NCBI GenBank assembly: GCA_902612825.1
Contig: CACMET010000007.1
Span: 2,609-66,608, forward strand
Direction: 5' to 3'
Origin: an uncultured Alphaproteobacteria bacterium
GTDB lineage: Bacteria > Pseudomonadota > Alphaproteobacteria > HIMB59 > GCA-002718135
DNA: 64,000 nucleotides
Both the position numbers and the translations under genes were made by a program. The notes under the pieces were generated by a model. The model made no database searches. It was not told the origin of the DNA and worked only from the letters and a program-made list of their open reading frames with translations. This document shows, one piece after another, positions 1-10,094 of the stretch; the first letter of the stretch is position 1; every line of letters starts with the position of its first letter.

Positions 1-1645
1 AAATATTACAATGGTAGGTTCTTCTAGAGGTTTATGGAATAAAAATGATTGTATTGCTTCTGGGATAGCAGGAACTACTGATGCGTTGAACCGTTTAGGT
101 ATTTCTAAAACAAATTATTTTTTCCCAAAACCTGGTGGATGGAAAAATCCCATACAACCACTTTATGAAGTAAAATATAAAAAATCTAGATCAAAAAGTT
201 TTGTAGATTATCAACATGATGTAACGACAGATGACGTAAGACTCGCACATCGTGAAGGTTTCATTTCGGTAGAACATCTTAAAAGATACACAACTTTAGG
301 TATGGCAAACGATCAAGGAAAAATGGGAAATATCATTGGATTATCTTTAATGGCTGAACTTTTAAATAAAGAAATTCCAGAAGTTGGAACCACTGTTTTT
401 AGACCTCCTTATACTCCTGTATCTATAGGTGCCTTAAGCGGAAGAAATGTTGGAAAACATTTTAGGCCGTTAAGAGTAACGCCAATGCATCAATGGAATA
501 TTGATCATGGTGCAAAAATGATTGAAGTTGGATTGTATCAAAGACCTTGGTATTATCCCAAAGAAAATGAAACTTTAAGTGACTCTTATATAAGAGAAGC
601 ATCAACAGTAAGAAAAACAGTTGGAATTTGTGATGTAACATCACTAGGCAAAATTGCTATTCAAGGACCAGACTCCACCGAATTTTTAAATAGAATTTAT
701 TCGAATGGTTTTTCTAAACTACAAGTTGGAAAAGCTAGATACGGTATCATGTTGCGTGATGACGGTATTGTAATGGATGATGGCACATCTTGGAGATTAG
801 CAGAAAATGAATATTTTATGACGACGTCTACAGGTGAAGCTGCAAAAGTGATGTCATGGTTAGAAGAATTACTTCAAACTAGATGGACAGATCTTAATGT
901 TAATGTGACTAGTGTTTCTGAACAATGGGCAGGCGTATCAGTTGCGGGACCTAAATCTAGAGAAGTTCTCAATAATTGTGTCGATGATTCTATGGTTATA
1001 ACTAATAATAACTTACCTTTTATGGGTGTTACTTCAACATTTCTTAAAGGTAATATTCCTTGTAGGATTGCAAGAATTAGTTTTTCCGGCGAATTAGCTT
1101 TTGAAGTTTATGTCAAATCAGATTTTGCCAATACAATGATGGACTTACTTTGGGAAAATGCAAAAAAATATGATGGATGCTTATATGGATTAGAAGCTTT
1201 AGGTGCACTTAGAGTTGAAAAAGGTCATGTAACAGCTGCTGAGCTTGATGGGAGGGTAACAATTGATGATGCAGGTTTAAGCAAAATGGCATCTACAAAA
1301 AAATCATATATTGGAAGCGCAATGAGAAAACGAGGAGTTTTAAAAAATAATGATCGTGAAATTCTAGTAGGCTTCTTTCCTACAAACCTAAAAGAAACTT
1401 TTAATGCTGGAACTATTGTCTGTGAAAAAAATAATATTAAAGGACAGGGTATCGGAAGAATTACTTCAGTTACTTATTCTCCTGAACTTGGACATTGGAT
1501 TGGATTAGGTTTTGTCAAGGGTGGTTTAGATAAATGGAAAGATACCAATTTAGTTGGGGCAGATCCTGTAAGAAATAAACAAATGAATTTAAAAGTTGTT
1601 TCACCACATATGATTGATCCTAAAGGAGAACGAATGTATGCATAG
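1..1645 (+). CDS. soxA: Sarcosine oxidase-family alpha subunit, C-terminal part (5' end outside window)
   Basis: FVDYQHDVT..D, EHLKRYTTLGMANDQGK and TTVFRPPY motifs plus a GcvT-like folate-binding C-terminus. The frame is open back to the window start. Confidence 0.92.
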   Translation, partial: NITMVGSSRGLWNKNDCIASGIAGTTDALNRLGISKTNYFFPKPGGWKNPIQPLYEVKYKKSRSKSFVDYQHDVTTDDVRLAHREGFISVEHLKRYTTLGMANDQGKMGNIIGLSLMAELLNKEIPEVGTTVFRPPYTPVSIGALSGRNVGKHFRPLRVTPMHQWNIDHGAKMIEVGLYQRPWYYPKENETLSDSYIREASTVRKTVGICDVTSLGKIAIQGPDSTEFLNRIYSNGFSKLQVGKARYGIMLRDDGIVMDDGTSWRLAENEYFMTTSTGEAAKVMSWLEELLQTRWTDLNVNVTSVSEQWAGVSVAGPKSREVLNNCVDDSMVITNNNLPFMGVTSTFLKGNIPCRIARISFSGELAFEVYVKSDFANTMMDLLWENAKKYDGCLYGLEALGALRVEKGHVTAAELDGRVTIDDAGLSKMASTKKSYIGSAMRKRGVLKNNDREILVGFFPTNLKETFNAGTIVCEKNNIKGQGIGRITSVTYSPELGHWIGLGFVKGGLDKWKDTNLVGADPVRNKQMNLKVVSPHMIDPKGERMYA

Positions 1646-2201
1646 ACATTCTGCACTAGAAACAATTTATAAGGTTGGAAAATATTCATCAAGCGAGAAA
1701 CAATCTCTAACATTTAAAGAATTAAAAAGTTTAGAAATTTTACAAATTGCTTGTTGGCCTGACAAAATTGATGAAATGAATAATTTAATATCAAAAAAAC
1801 TAAAAATTAAAAATATTCCTAGTTTTAATAAAGGGATAATTTTTGAAAATAAATCATTATGGAGAATGGAACCTTTGAAATGGTGGCTATTTAATAAAGA
1901 AATTGAAATAAGTGAGCAAATCGCAACAATTTTAGACATGTCTCATGCTTTCACAGGTATTGAAATTACAGGAGATAATTCATCATTATTTTTAAATAGA
2001 CATCTTCCAATTGATTTAAGAGCTAGGAATTTTCCAGATCTATCATCTGCTAGCACAGCCATTCATCATGTCAGTGTTAAGTTATTTAAAATATCCTCTA
2101 ATAATTACTGTCTATACATACCAAGAGGTTTTGCCTTATCAATTTGGGAGATCCTTCTTGAAACAGCAGATCAGTTTGGATATGAAGTATTAGAGAGATA
2201 A
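1638..2201 (+). CDS. soxG: Sarcosine oxidase-family gamma subunit
   Basis: Overlaps the soxA stop; AAGGAG SD upstream of ATG 1638; DMSHA..IEITG, PIDL..FP and PRGFA..WE..L motifs. Confidence 0.8.
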   Translation: MHRHSALETIYKVGKYSSSEKQSLTFKELKSLEILQIACWPDKIDEMNNLISKKLKIKNIPSFNKGIIFENKSLWRMEPLKWWLFNKEIEISEQIATILDMSHAFTGIEITGDNSSLFLNRHLPIDLRARNFPDLSSASTAIHHVSVKLFKISSNNYCLYIPRGFALSIWEILLETADQFGYEVLER

Positions 2202-2220
2202 AGAGATTATCTAAAAAATT

Positions 2221-3396
2221 ATGATTTTTTCAAAAGAAGAATTTAATTCAAGAATCGCAAAAGTAAAACAGTCTATGAATAAAAGAGGTGTTGATATTCT
2301 ATTAACTACTGATCCCTCTAATATGAATTATCTAACTGGCTATGATGGATGGTCATTTTATGTTCCACAAGGAGTAATAATTTCTATAGATGAAGATCAA
2401 CCATTTTGGTTTGGAAGAAAGCAAGATTCGAATGGTGCAAGGATTACAACTTTTTTAAATGAAGAAAATATATTTGGTTATCCTGAGCGACTTATTCAAT
2501 CACCACCATTACATCCATATGATTATGTAGTTAAATTATTTAAAGACAAAAATTGGTCAAGTAAAAATATTGGCGTCGAAATGGATAGCTATTATTATAC
2601 TGCAGAAAATCATAGGAGATTAAAAGATAATTTAACGAATGCTAAATTTATTAATGCACATCTTCTAATTAATTGGGTAAGATATGTAAAATCTGAAAAT
2701 GAAATAAAATTTATGAAAGATGCTGGCACACTTGTGAAAGCAGGAATGACAACAGCATTTGATTCAATAAAAGAAGGTATAAAACAAAGTACAGTTGCAG
2801 GAAAAATTCAAAATACTCTCATTGCTGGAAATGATTCAACACAAATTGGAGGAGAATATTCAGGTTTAGGTATAATACTTGCAAGTGGAAGATCAGCATC
2901 AGCATCACACTTAACTCCTAGTGATAAAAAATTTGAAAATAATGAAGGAACAATTATTGAATTAGGTGGTGTGAAACATCGTTATCACTGTGCCTTATCC
3001 AGAACTGTGTATGTTGGTAAACCTGATCCAAAGATATCGGATACATTAAAAATAACAAACGAAGGTATTGAGAAAGCTTTAGAACAAACAAACCCAGGAA
3101 ATAGTTGTCATAATGTTGCAGTTGCTTTTTGGTCAGTATTAGAAAAATATGGATTAGAAAAAGAGTCAAGAGCTGGTTACTCAATTGGTATTGGTTATCC
3201 TCCTGATTGGGGAGAACACACACTTAGTATCCGGAAAAATGAAAAGACACTTTTAGAACCTAATGTTACTTTTCATCTTATGTGTGGAATGTGGATGGAT
3301 ACCTGGGGATTAGAACTAAGTGAGTCAGTTAGAGTAACAGAATCAGGTTACGAGTTACTTACTCAAGTCCCAAGAGATTTGCATTTAGTAAATTAA
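2221..3396 (+). CDS. doeA: M24-fold hydrolase, ectoine hydrolase DoeA/EutD-like
   Basis: DPSNMNYLTGYDGWSFYV, SHLT and GYSIGIGYPPDWGEHT motifs typical of DoeA/EutD. Confidence 0.7.
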   Translation: MIFSKEEFNSRIAKVKQSMNKRGVDILLTTDPSNMNYLTGYDGWSFYVPQGVIISIDEDQPFWFGRKQDSNGARITTFLNEENIFGYPERLIQSPPLHPYDYVVKLFKDKNWSSKNIGVEMDSYYYTAENHRRLKDNLTNAKFINAHLLINWVRYVKSENEIKFMKDAGTLVKAGMTTAFDSIKEGIKQSTVAGKIQNTLIAGNDSTQIGGEYSGLGIILASGRSASASHLTPSDKKFENNEGTIIELGGVKHRYHCALSRTVYVGKPDPKISDTLKITNEGIEKALEQTNPGNSCHNVAVAFWSVLEKYGLEKESRAGYSIGIGYPPDWGEHTLSIRKNEKTLLEPNVTFHLMCGMWMDTWGLELSESVRVTESGYELLTQVPRDLHLVN

Positions 3397-4073
3397 TCAT
3401 TTGCATCACCACCTCCAGCACCTTTGGCTCTAGATTCCTCTGACTCAGGTACAAAAGTTCTAAAAGCTATCTTAGATATTTGATCCCAAGATTTTTTATC
3501 AGGATTTATGCCTTCAGATAGCAAATTATTTATATTTGATGATGGAATATTAATATCTAACTTTTGTTCATTTAAAATATTTTTTGTAAGTAAAAGATCA
3601 AAATTTCTTTGATAATTTGTAGAGATAATATCTCTATTAATACTAATATTTTTATTTGTTATTTGTGCATCAACTTTTTGATCTAACAAAAACTGTGAAT
3701 TGATATTTTTTTTTGCATACTTATAAAGCAAAGGTATTAGGAATATGGGATCATTGCAATTTTTTAAAGTTAATTTTAAATTTTCTTTTTTATCTACTTT
3801 TGATATCAAATAATCAATTAATCCTGGCCCTATCATCAATGAAGACTTATTTTTACAATTAAACTCATCATTTATATTTGATGGATCTATACTAGCATTA
3901 AAAGTGTTATCTAATTCTTTAATTTTTAATGTTAATAATTTGATTCCGTCTAAACCAAGTATTTCAAGCCAAGTTGTAATAAATGCAGCATCTTCATCTG
4001 ATCCATAAGTGAACCCTAATCCTGAAAAAGCTCTCTGTGAATTAGTGTAGACTTCATAATAGGAGTAACTCAC
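3393..4073 (-). CDS. DUF3726-like protein
   Basis: N-terminus YEV...RAFSGLGFTYGSDEDAAF...WLE and C-terminus ESEESRAKGAGGGDAND; likely GTG start at 4073, just after the upstream stop. Confidence 0.65.
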   Translation of the reverse strand: MSYSYYEVYTNSQRAFSGLGFTYGSDEDAAFITTWLEILGLDGIKLLTLKIKELDNTFNASIDPSNINDEFNCKNKSSLMIGPGLIDYLISKVDKKENLKLTLKNCNDPIFLIPLLYKYAKKNINSQFLLDQKVDAQITNKNISINRDIISTNYQRNFDLLLTKNILNEQKLDINIPSSNINNLLSEGINPDKKSWDQISKIAFRTFVPESEESRAKGAGGGDAND

Positions 4074-4078
4074 AGATA

Positions 4079-5743
4079 TTAATATGAATTCATTGTTGCA
4101 AAACCCCATTCATCAACATTTTTATTATTTAGATCTGATAAATAAGGAGCTCCAGAAAAAAAACTTACTCTTAACCATCTATCTGACTTAGGATCATATC
4201 GATTGGCACCAAAAAAAGATAATTTAAATCTTAACATATCAATTGGTATTGTTTTTTTATCGAGAACATTATCTTGAACTTCCGAATAAGGATAATTTTT
4301 TAAAGATTGTATTCTTTTAACAATTCCTCTGTATTCAGGATGTGTTAATAAAAATTCACAAATTAATTGATTTTCATCTACATTTTTTATTTGCTTAAAT
4401 AAGTCACTGACCATTTTTGCAATTCCTAAATTTTGCTCCAATTCACTTCCATGCTCATTATATCTTTCACCCAGCCTAGGTTCTAACTTTGCTGCTGAAA
4501 CATACCAAAATAAATAATTGCTATCTTTGTTATTAAAATCAATATCTTTTATCCAAGAATATTTATCATTGATTATTTTTTTTAAATCTCCGATAGATTG
4601 ATTCCCATCAATTTCCATTATCTCCTGATCTGCCATATCTTCTGCTAACTCTTCTGATATTTGAGGATACAATTCAATTAGTTGTACTCTTGCAATTTCT
4701 TGAGTATCATTATTAAAATTTGAATCACAATAATCTAGAATATCTAACCATTTAAATTTTTGAGAAAGATCTAAGTCATTAATGTATGAAATATATTCTT
4801 TTAAATCTTCAGTAGTTAATTTATTTTTATTAATTTGGAATTCATCACTTGTGTTTACTTCTTCAAGGTAATTAAGAGCTTTATTCAACAGTTTTTTATA
4901 TTTTTCGAAAATTATACTATCTAACTCAATTTGAGAAATTTCTTCTAATGTCTTTGTGTACTGTTTCATCCACTTATTAATCAACTTTGGATGTTTAATG
5001 ATAAAAGGTGCCATACCTAAACCTGTTGAGTTACCAATACCTAAATGTTGTTTAATTTTTCTATCTAACTTTACTGCTTTTTTTGGGTTTATTTGCCTTG
5101 CAACATGTTCAACTAATTCAATACTGAATTCTCTAATTAAATAAACTGATAACATTTCTGCTCTAAAGGGCTGATTAAAAACAGTTGTATTTTTTGTATT
5201 AGTAAAATCTGATAATCCAAATTTACCACTACCATAAACAGCAGTAGTTCTTAACAAATAGCCAACTTTATTTATTTCGTAAATATCTGGCTGATTACCA
5301 TTTGAAAGACAATCAACAACATACTGAAACAATCTTACACTTTTATTTGCTCTGCTAAGAATTAATTCATTTGGTGAATTGCGACCTGATTCTTGTAGAG
5401 GAATTGTTTTTTTTAATCTAATTAGATCTTCATTAGATAATTTACCTACATGTAATGTATAGGCTGTATCCCATTTACTAGCGATAACTCTATCACTTCT
5501 ATCCTTATCATCTAGAAAAGCAGAGAAACATACAAGTGAATAAGTTTGCTTATTAATAATTATTTCATAAACAACCGTCCCGAAACCATATTTATCTAAA
5601 TCAAATTTTGACTTATGTATTTCCCAGTTGTCGTTGATCAACCTTCTTAACATACTTCTGGAAAAACTAAGGCGAGAAGGATAACGTGAACCCATTCTTG
5701 ATAGTTTCATGTAGTTAACGTTTTCTCTTACTTTTTGTAACAT
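4079..5743 (-). CDS. Uncharacterised 554-aa protein
   Basis: Long clean ORF with conserved-looking blocks (RSDRVIA..WD, LSRANKSVRLF, GYLLRTTAVYGSGKFG, GIGNSTGLGMAPF, WYVS..KLEPRLGER). No known function recognised. Confidence 0.85.
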   Translation of the reverse strand: MLQKVRENVNYMKLSRMGSRYPSRLSFSRSMLRRLINDNWEIHKSKFDLDKYGFGTVVYEIIINKQTYSLVCFSAFLDDKDRSDRVIASKWDTAYTLHVGKLSNEDLIRLKKTIPLQESGRNSPNELILSRANKSVRLFQYVVDCLSNGNQPDIYEINKVGYLLRTTAVYGSGKFGLSDFTNTKNTTVFNQPFRAEMLSVYLIREFSIELVEHVARQINPKKAVKLDRKIKQHLGIGNSTGLGMAPFIIKHPKLINKWMKQYTKTLEEISQIELDSIIFEKYKKLLNKALNYLEEVNTSDEFQINKNKLTTEDLKEYISYINDLDLSQKFKWLDILDYCDSNFNNDTQEIARVQLIELYPQISEELAEDMADQEIMEIDGNQSIGDLKKIINDKYSWIKDIDFNNKDSNYLFWYVSAAKLEPRLGERYNEHGSELEQNLGIAKMVSDLFKQIKNVDENQLICEFLLTHPEYRGIVKRIQSLKNYPYSEVQDNVLDKKTIPIDMLRFKLSFFGANRYDPKSDRWLRVSFFSGAPYLSDLNNKNVDEWGFATMNSY

Positions 5744-5797
5744 TTATTAAATATCTATAGTTAATTTTGGTTTTTTCATTAATAGAAGTATTAATCT

Positions 5798-6784
5798 ATG
5801 TCAAAAATAAGTGAAGATATACTTCTAATTGATGGATTGGAATATTGTAACTGGAATAGGGAATTATTTGAAAATGCCCACCAAGCTAGATTAACTGCAA
5901 TTCATGCGACATTAGTGTATTGGGAAAATACTGAAGAGTCTTTTGAAAAAATAAATTATTGGCACCGTCTTTTTAAAGAGCATCATGATATTATTGCTCA
6001 TGCAAAAACTACCGAAGATATTTTGGATGCTAAAAAAAATAATAAAGTTGCAATTATTTTTGGTTTTCAAAATTCTGCTCCTATTGCGAATGATATATTT
6101 TTAATTGAAAAATTTTTTGAAGCAGGTGTAAGATTTATGCAACTCACCTATAATAATCAAACCCCACTTGCTGGAGGCTGTTTTGAACCTAAAGACTCAG
6201 GTGTTTCACGATTTGGAAAAGCTGTTATTGAAGAAATGAATAGACTTGGCATGATTGTAGATTTAAGTCATGCAGGAAAGCAAACTTGTCTTGATGCTAT
6301 TGAAGTCTCAAATAAACCTGTGGCAATTTCTCATGCTAACCCAAATTTCTTTCATAAATCTAAAAGAAACATTGATACTGATATTTTACAAAAACTTGTT
6401 AAAAAAAATGGTTTTATTGGGTTAAGTTTATATCCTTACCATCTTAAGAATTTAGGTGATTGTTCCATAGAAGATTTTTGTGAAATGATTAAGGAGCTAT
6501 TAAACCTAATTGGCGAAGACAATATTGGAATAGGGTCTGATCTTTGTTTAAATTGGCCTGATGATGTAGTTATGTGGATGAGAAATGGAAAGTGGACCAA
6601 AAATATCGACTATGGAGAATCTAAAGATAAAAATCCAAAATGGCCTAAGTTACCAAGTTGGTATAAGCAACCAAGTGACTTAAATAATTTATTTTATTTA
6701 ATGTGTGAAAATAATATTCCAGAAAAAGTTTCTACAAAAATAATAGGTCAGAATTGGTTTAACTTCATGAAAAATCAATTTTAG
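5798..6784 (+). CDS. Membrane dipeptidase (M19)-family amidohydrolase
   Basis: QLTYNNQ, EMNRLGMIVDLSH, ISHAN and IGIGSD motifs. Confidence 0.85.
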   Translation: MSKISEDILLIDGLEYCNWNRELFENAHQARLTAIHATLVYWENTEESFEKINYWHRLFKEHHDIIAHAKTTEDILDAKKNNKVAIIFGFQNSAPIANDIFLIEKFFEAGVRFMQLTYNNQTPLAGGCFEPKDSGVSRFGKAVIEEMNRLGMIVDLSHAGKQTCLDAIEVSNKPVAISHANPNFFHKSKRNIDTDILQKLVKKNGFIGLSLYPYHLKNLGDCSIEDFCEMIKELLNLIGEDNIGIGSDLCLNWPDDVVMWMRNGKWTKNIDYGESKDKNPKWPKLPSWYKQPSDLNNLFYLMCENNIPEKVSTKIIGQNWFNFMKNQF

Positions 6785-7644
6785 TTTCTACGACTAATAA
6801 AAGAAGCTGATAGCAAACTTATAATTACAATCGAAGCACCAATCATTTGATAAGTTTCTAAATTTTCTTTTAATAAAAAAACAGCCCCAAGAACACCTAC
6901 CACTGGTTCTAAATACAAAAATAAAGCAGTATATGATTGTCCAATCTTTGGGATAGCAATTAATTGTGATAAAAGTGCAAAGCTATAACATACCGAAGGA
7001 ATTAAAATTAAAAGATAAATATTGATATCAAAATTAAAATTTAAAGAAAAAAATATTTTTAATATTACAAAGAAGAAAAAAGTATTAAAAACATTTATAA
7101 AGATATTAATTGGTATTGGTGAAATACCTTTAATAGACATTTTTTGATTTACTATAATCATACTAGTTGATCCAAGTGAGGCAAGAAAAGCTAAAAGAAT
7201 ACCTACTATATTTATAACTTTAAAAGATGGTCCTATAACTAAAACAATTCCTAAAAATGTAACAAAAAAGAGAGTCTTTACAGTTAATGAGATTTTTTCT
7301 TTATCGACAATAATAGAAAATAAAAGAACATATATTGGATAGAGGCAAAAAATAAGAATTGTTAAACTAACTTCAATAAATATAACCGAAGTCAATAATC
7401 CAAGCGTTAATAATATTGAACCTGCTGATATAGATAAAAAGTATTTTAGGTTCTTTTTAAAAATTTCTAATAGATTATTTTGATAAGGGATAAAAGGTAA
7501 TATAATTATCGAGGCAACTGCGTAACGTAAAAAAATAGTTAATGCTACAGAGGCTCCTGAATTATATGCTATTTTTGTAGTAGGGCCAATTAAGCCAAAC
7601 AAAATTCCAGCAACTAAAGCAAAAATAACTCCAAATATGAACAT
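6781..7644 (-). CDS. DMT/EamA-family transporter
   Basis: About 10 hydrophobic segments; YLEPV...L.E motif. Confidence 0.85.
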   Translation of the reverse strand: MFIFGVIFALVAGILFGLIGPTTKIAYNSGASVALTIFLRYAVASIIILPFIPYQNNLLEIFKKNLKYFLSISAGSILLTLGLLTSVIFIEVSLTILIFCLYPIYVLLFSIIVDKEKISLTVKTLFFVTFLGIVLVIGPSFKVINIVGILLAFLASLGSTSMIIVNQKMSIKGISPIPINIFINVFNTFFFFVILKIFFSLNFNFDINIYLLILIPSVCYSFALLSQLIAIPKIGQSYTALFLYLEPVVGVLGAVFLLKENLETYQMIGASIVIISLLSASFISRRN

Positions 7645-7711
7645 TTTTTAAATTAACTTTTGACTATTTGTTTTCATGCAGTTATTCAAGCTTCATTACA
7701 AAATATATATT

Positions 7712-8800
7712 ATGAATGACACATCTCAAAGTTTCGTTAAATTTGAAAAGATCGATAAAAGTTATGATGGTGAAGTACTAGTAGTAAAAAACTTAAACTT
7801 GGATATTGCTAAGGGTGAGTTTGTAACAATGTTGGGTCCATCAGGATCAGGTAAAACAACAACTTTGATGATGTTAGCTGGTTTTGAAACACCTACAAAC
7901 GGTGAAATATTTTTAGATACTAAACCAATTAGTAAAATACCTCCCTATGAAAGAGAAATAGGAATGGTATTTCAAAACTATGCTTTATTTCCTCACATGA
8001 CTGTTGCGGAAAATTTGTCATTTCCGCTAGAAGTGAGAAAAATTTCAAAACCAGACATTAAAGAAAAAGTGCAGAAAGCACTTGATATGGTTGAGTTAGG
8101 TAATTTTGGTACAAGATTTCCAGCTCAATTATCTGGTGGACAACAGCAAAGAGTCGCTTTGGCTAGAGCACTGGTATTTGAACCACGTCTAGTATTAATG
8201 GATGAGCCTTTAGGTGCGCTCGATAAGAATTTACGTGAACAGATGCAATACGAAATAAAACATATTCATGATAGGATTGGCATAACAGTTGTCTATGTTA
8301 CTCATGATCAAAGTGAAGCATTAACAATGTCTAATAGAATTGCAGTATTCAATGATGGAGTTGTACAACAATTATCTACACCTGATATCTTGTATGAAAA
8401 ACCTGAAAATTCTTTTGTTGCAAAATTTATAGGTGAAAATAATACACTTAATGGTGTTGTTAGGGAGGTGAATGGATCCTCATGTACTGTTGAGTTAGAT
8501 GGTGGATTTGGAATGGTTAAAGCGTTAAAAATTAATGTGAATGAAGTTGGAGAGAAAACTCAACTATCTATAAGACCAGAACGTGTCTCAATAGACAACT
8601 CAATATCTGACTCCAACAATTTTTTAGGAAAGATAGAAGAATTGATTTACCTAGGCGACCACATCAGAGCTAGGCTTGATGTTTGTGGAAATAATGAATT
8701 CATAGTCAAGGTTCCAAATGAAGGAAGTTTTAATCATAAAGAAGGTGATGAACTTAAATTAAGCTGGAATTCTGAGGATGTTCGAGCATTAGATCTGTAA
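7712..8800 (+). CDS. potA: Polyamine-type ABC ATPase
   Basis: Walker A GPSGSGKT, LSGGQQQR, MDEP and YVTHDQ motifs, TOBE C-terminus; ATG at 7712 preferred. Confidence 0.88.
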   Translation: MNDTSQSFVKFEKIDKSYDGEVLVVKNLNLDIAKGEFVTMLGPSGSGKTTTLMMLAGFETPTNGEIFLDTKPISKIPPYEREIGMVFQNYALFPHMTVAENLSFPLEVRKISKPDIKEKVQKALDMVELGNFGTRFPAQLSGGQQQRVALARALVFEPRLVLMDEPLGALDKNLREQMQYEIKHIHDRIGITVVYVTHDQSEALTMSNRIAVFNDGVVQQLSTPDILYEKPENSFVAKFIGENNTLNGVVREVNGSSCTVELDGGFGMVKALKINVNEVGEKTQLSIRPERVSIDNSISDSNNFLGKIEELIYLGDHIRARLDVCGNNEFIVKVPNEGSFNHKEGDELKLSWNSEDVRALDL

Positions 8801-8931
8801 TTATACTTTTTTCTTTGTATTTAGCCAAATTTTTTTACTTTTACCCCTTTTTTTTCATTTAACGACATGTTATTACACGATCATTACGGACATAATCTTA
8901 AGATTAAATAATTAAAAATAGGAGGATATAT

Positions 8932-10035
8932 ATGTCTAAATTTTTAAAAGCCTTCTTATTTGTGTCACTTGTTTTTGCTCCTTTTGCAGCTAGCGCTGTA
9001 ACGGTCGCATCATGGGGTGGTGCTTATACAGAAAGTCAACAAAAAGCTTATGCTGATACATATTCTGATCCTGGCTCAATTGTTTTTGAAAACTACAACG
9101 GAGGTTTAGGTGAAGTAAGAGCTCAAGTAGAAAGTGGAAGTGTTACTTGGGATTTAGTGGATGTGTTACCATCTGATGCAATCACAGGATGTGATGAAGG
9201 ATTATTTGAAGATATCTCAAGTGAAATTGCTTCATTAGGTGTTCCTGGACCTGACGGTGAGTCAATTGCAGAAGATATGGAAAATAATGGTCTTGAATAC
9301 CATTCAGGTTGGGACTGTTGTGTACCACAAATCTTTTGGACATACGTCGTATTTTATGATCCAGATGCATTCCCAGGTGAAAAACCAGCTAGTATGGCAG
9401 ACTTTTTTGATACAGAAAAATTTCCTGGTAAAAGAGGTATTCATACTTGGGCAACAGGTATAATTGAAAAAGCTATGGTAGCAGATGGAGTAAGTCCAAA
9501 TGCAGTTCCAACTGTTTTAGCTAACCAAACAGGTGCTATTGATAGAGCATTTGAAGTTATGGACAGAATTAAGGACGATGTTGTTTTTTGGTCTGCTGGT
9601 TCACAACCACTTGAGTTAGTAAAAAGTGGTGAAGTTGTAATGGCTGTTGCTTATAACGGTCGTGTTGGTGCAGCAAACTTAGCTGAAGGTGAAAACTTTG
9701 AGTACATTTGGGAAGGTCAGGTTCTAGACCAAGAATATCTTTGTCTAACTGCTGGAGCTCCTAATAGAGATGCAGCGATCGACTTTATGATGCATGCTTC
9801 AACTCCTGAAGCACAAGCTGAACAAGCTAAATATATTACATATGGACCAATGAGAGCATCTGGTATTCCAATCATTGAAAACAATGAACCTTGGGGACCA
9901 GGAGGTGTTGATATTATGCCTCACATGCCTAACACACCAGAACGTTTAAAAGTTTCAATCGTAAGTGATCCACAATGGTGGTCAGATTACGGTGCAGAAA
10001 TTAATGAGCGTTATGCTGCTTGGATGGGCAACTAA
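8932..10035 (+). CDS. PotD/PotF-like ABC solute-binding protein
   Basis: Signal peptide, SWGGAY, WDLVD and YNGR motifs; strong GGAGGA SD. Confidence 0.88.
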   Translation: MSKFLKAFLFVSLVFAPFAASAVTVASWGGAYTESQQKAYADTYSDPGSIVFENYNGGLGEVRAQVESGSVTWDLVDVLPSDAITGCDEGLFEDISSEIASLGVPGPDGESIAEDMENNGLEYHSGWDCCVPQIFWTYVVFYDPDAFPGEKPASMADFFDTEKFPGKRGIHTWATGIIEKAMVADGVSPNAVPTVLANQTGAIDRAFEVMDRIKDDVVFWSAGSQPLELVKSGEVVMAVAYNGRVGAANLAEGENFEYIWEGQVLDQEYLCLTAGAPNRDAAIDFMMHASTPEAQAEQAKYITYGPMRASGIPIIENNEPWGPGGVDIMPHMPNTPERLKVSIVSDPQWWSDYGAEINERYAAWMGN

Positions 10036-10066
10036 GCTTGATTAAATAAATTTTGTAATTTAATCT

Positions 10067-10092
10067 AAAGGCGAGAATTATCTCGCCTTTTT
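10067..10092 (+). terminator. Stem-loop after the SBP gene (terminator or stabiliser)
   Basis: AAAGGCGAGA-atta-TCTCGCCTTT followed by TT. Confidence 0.75.
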
Positions 10093-10094
10093 AT

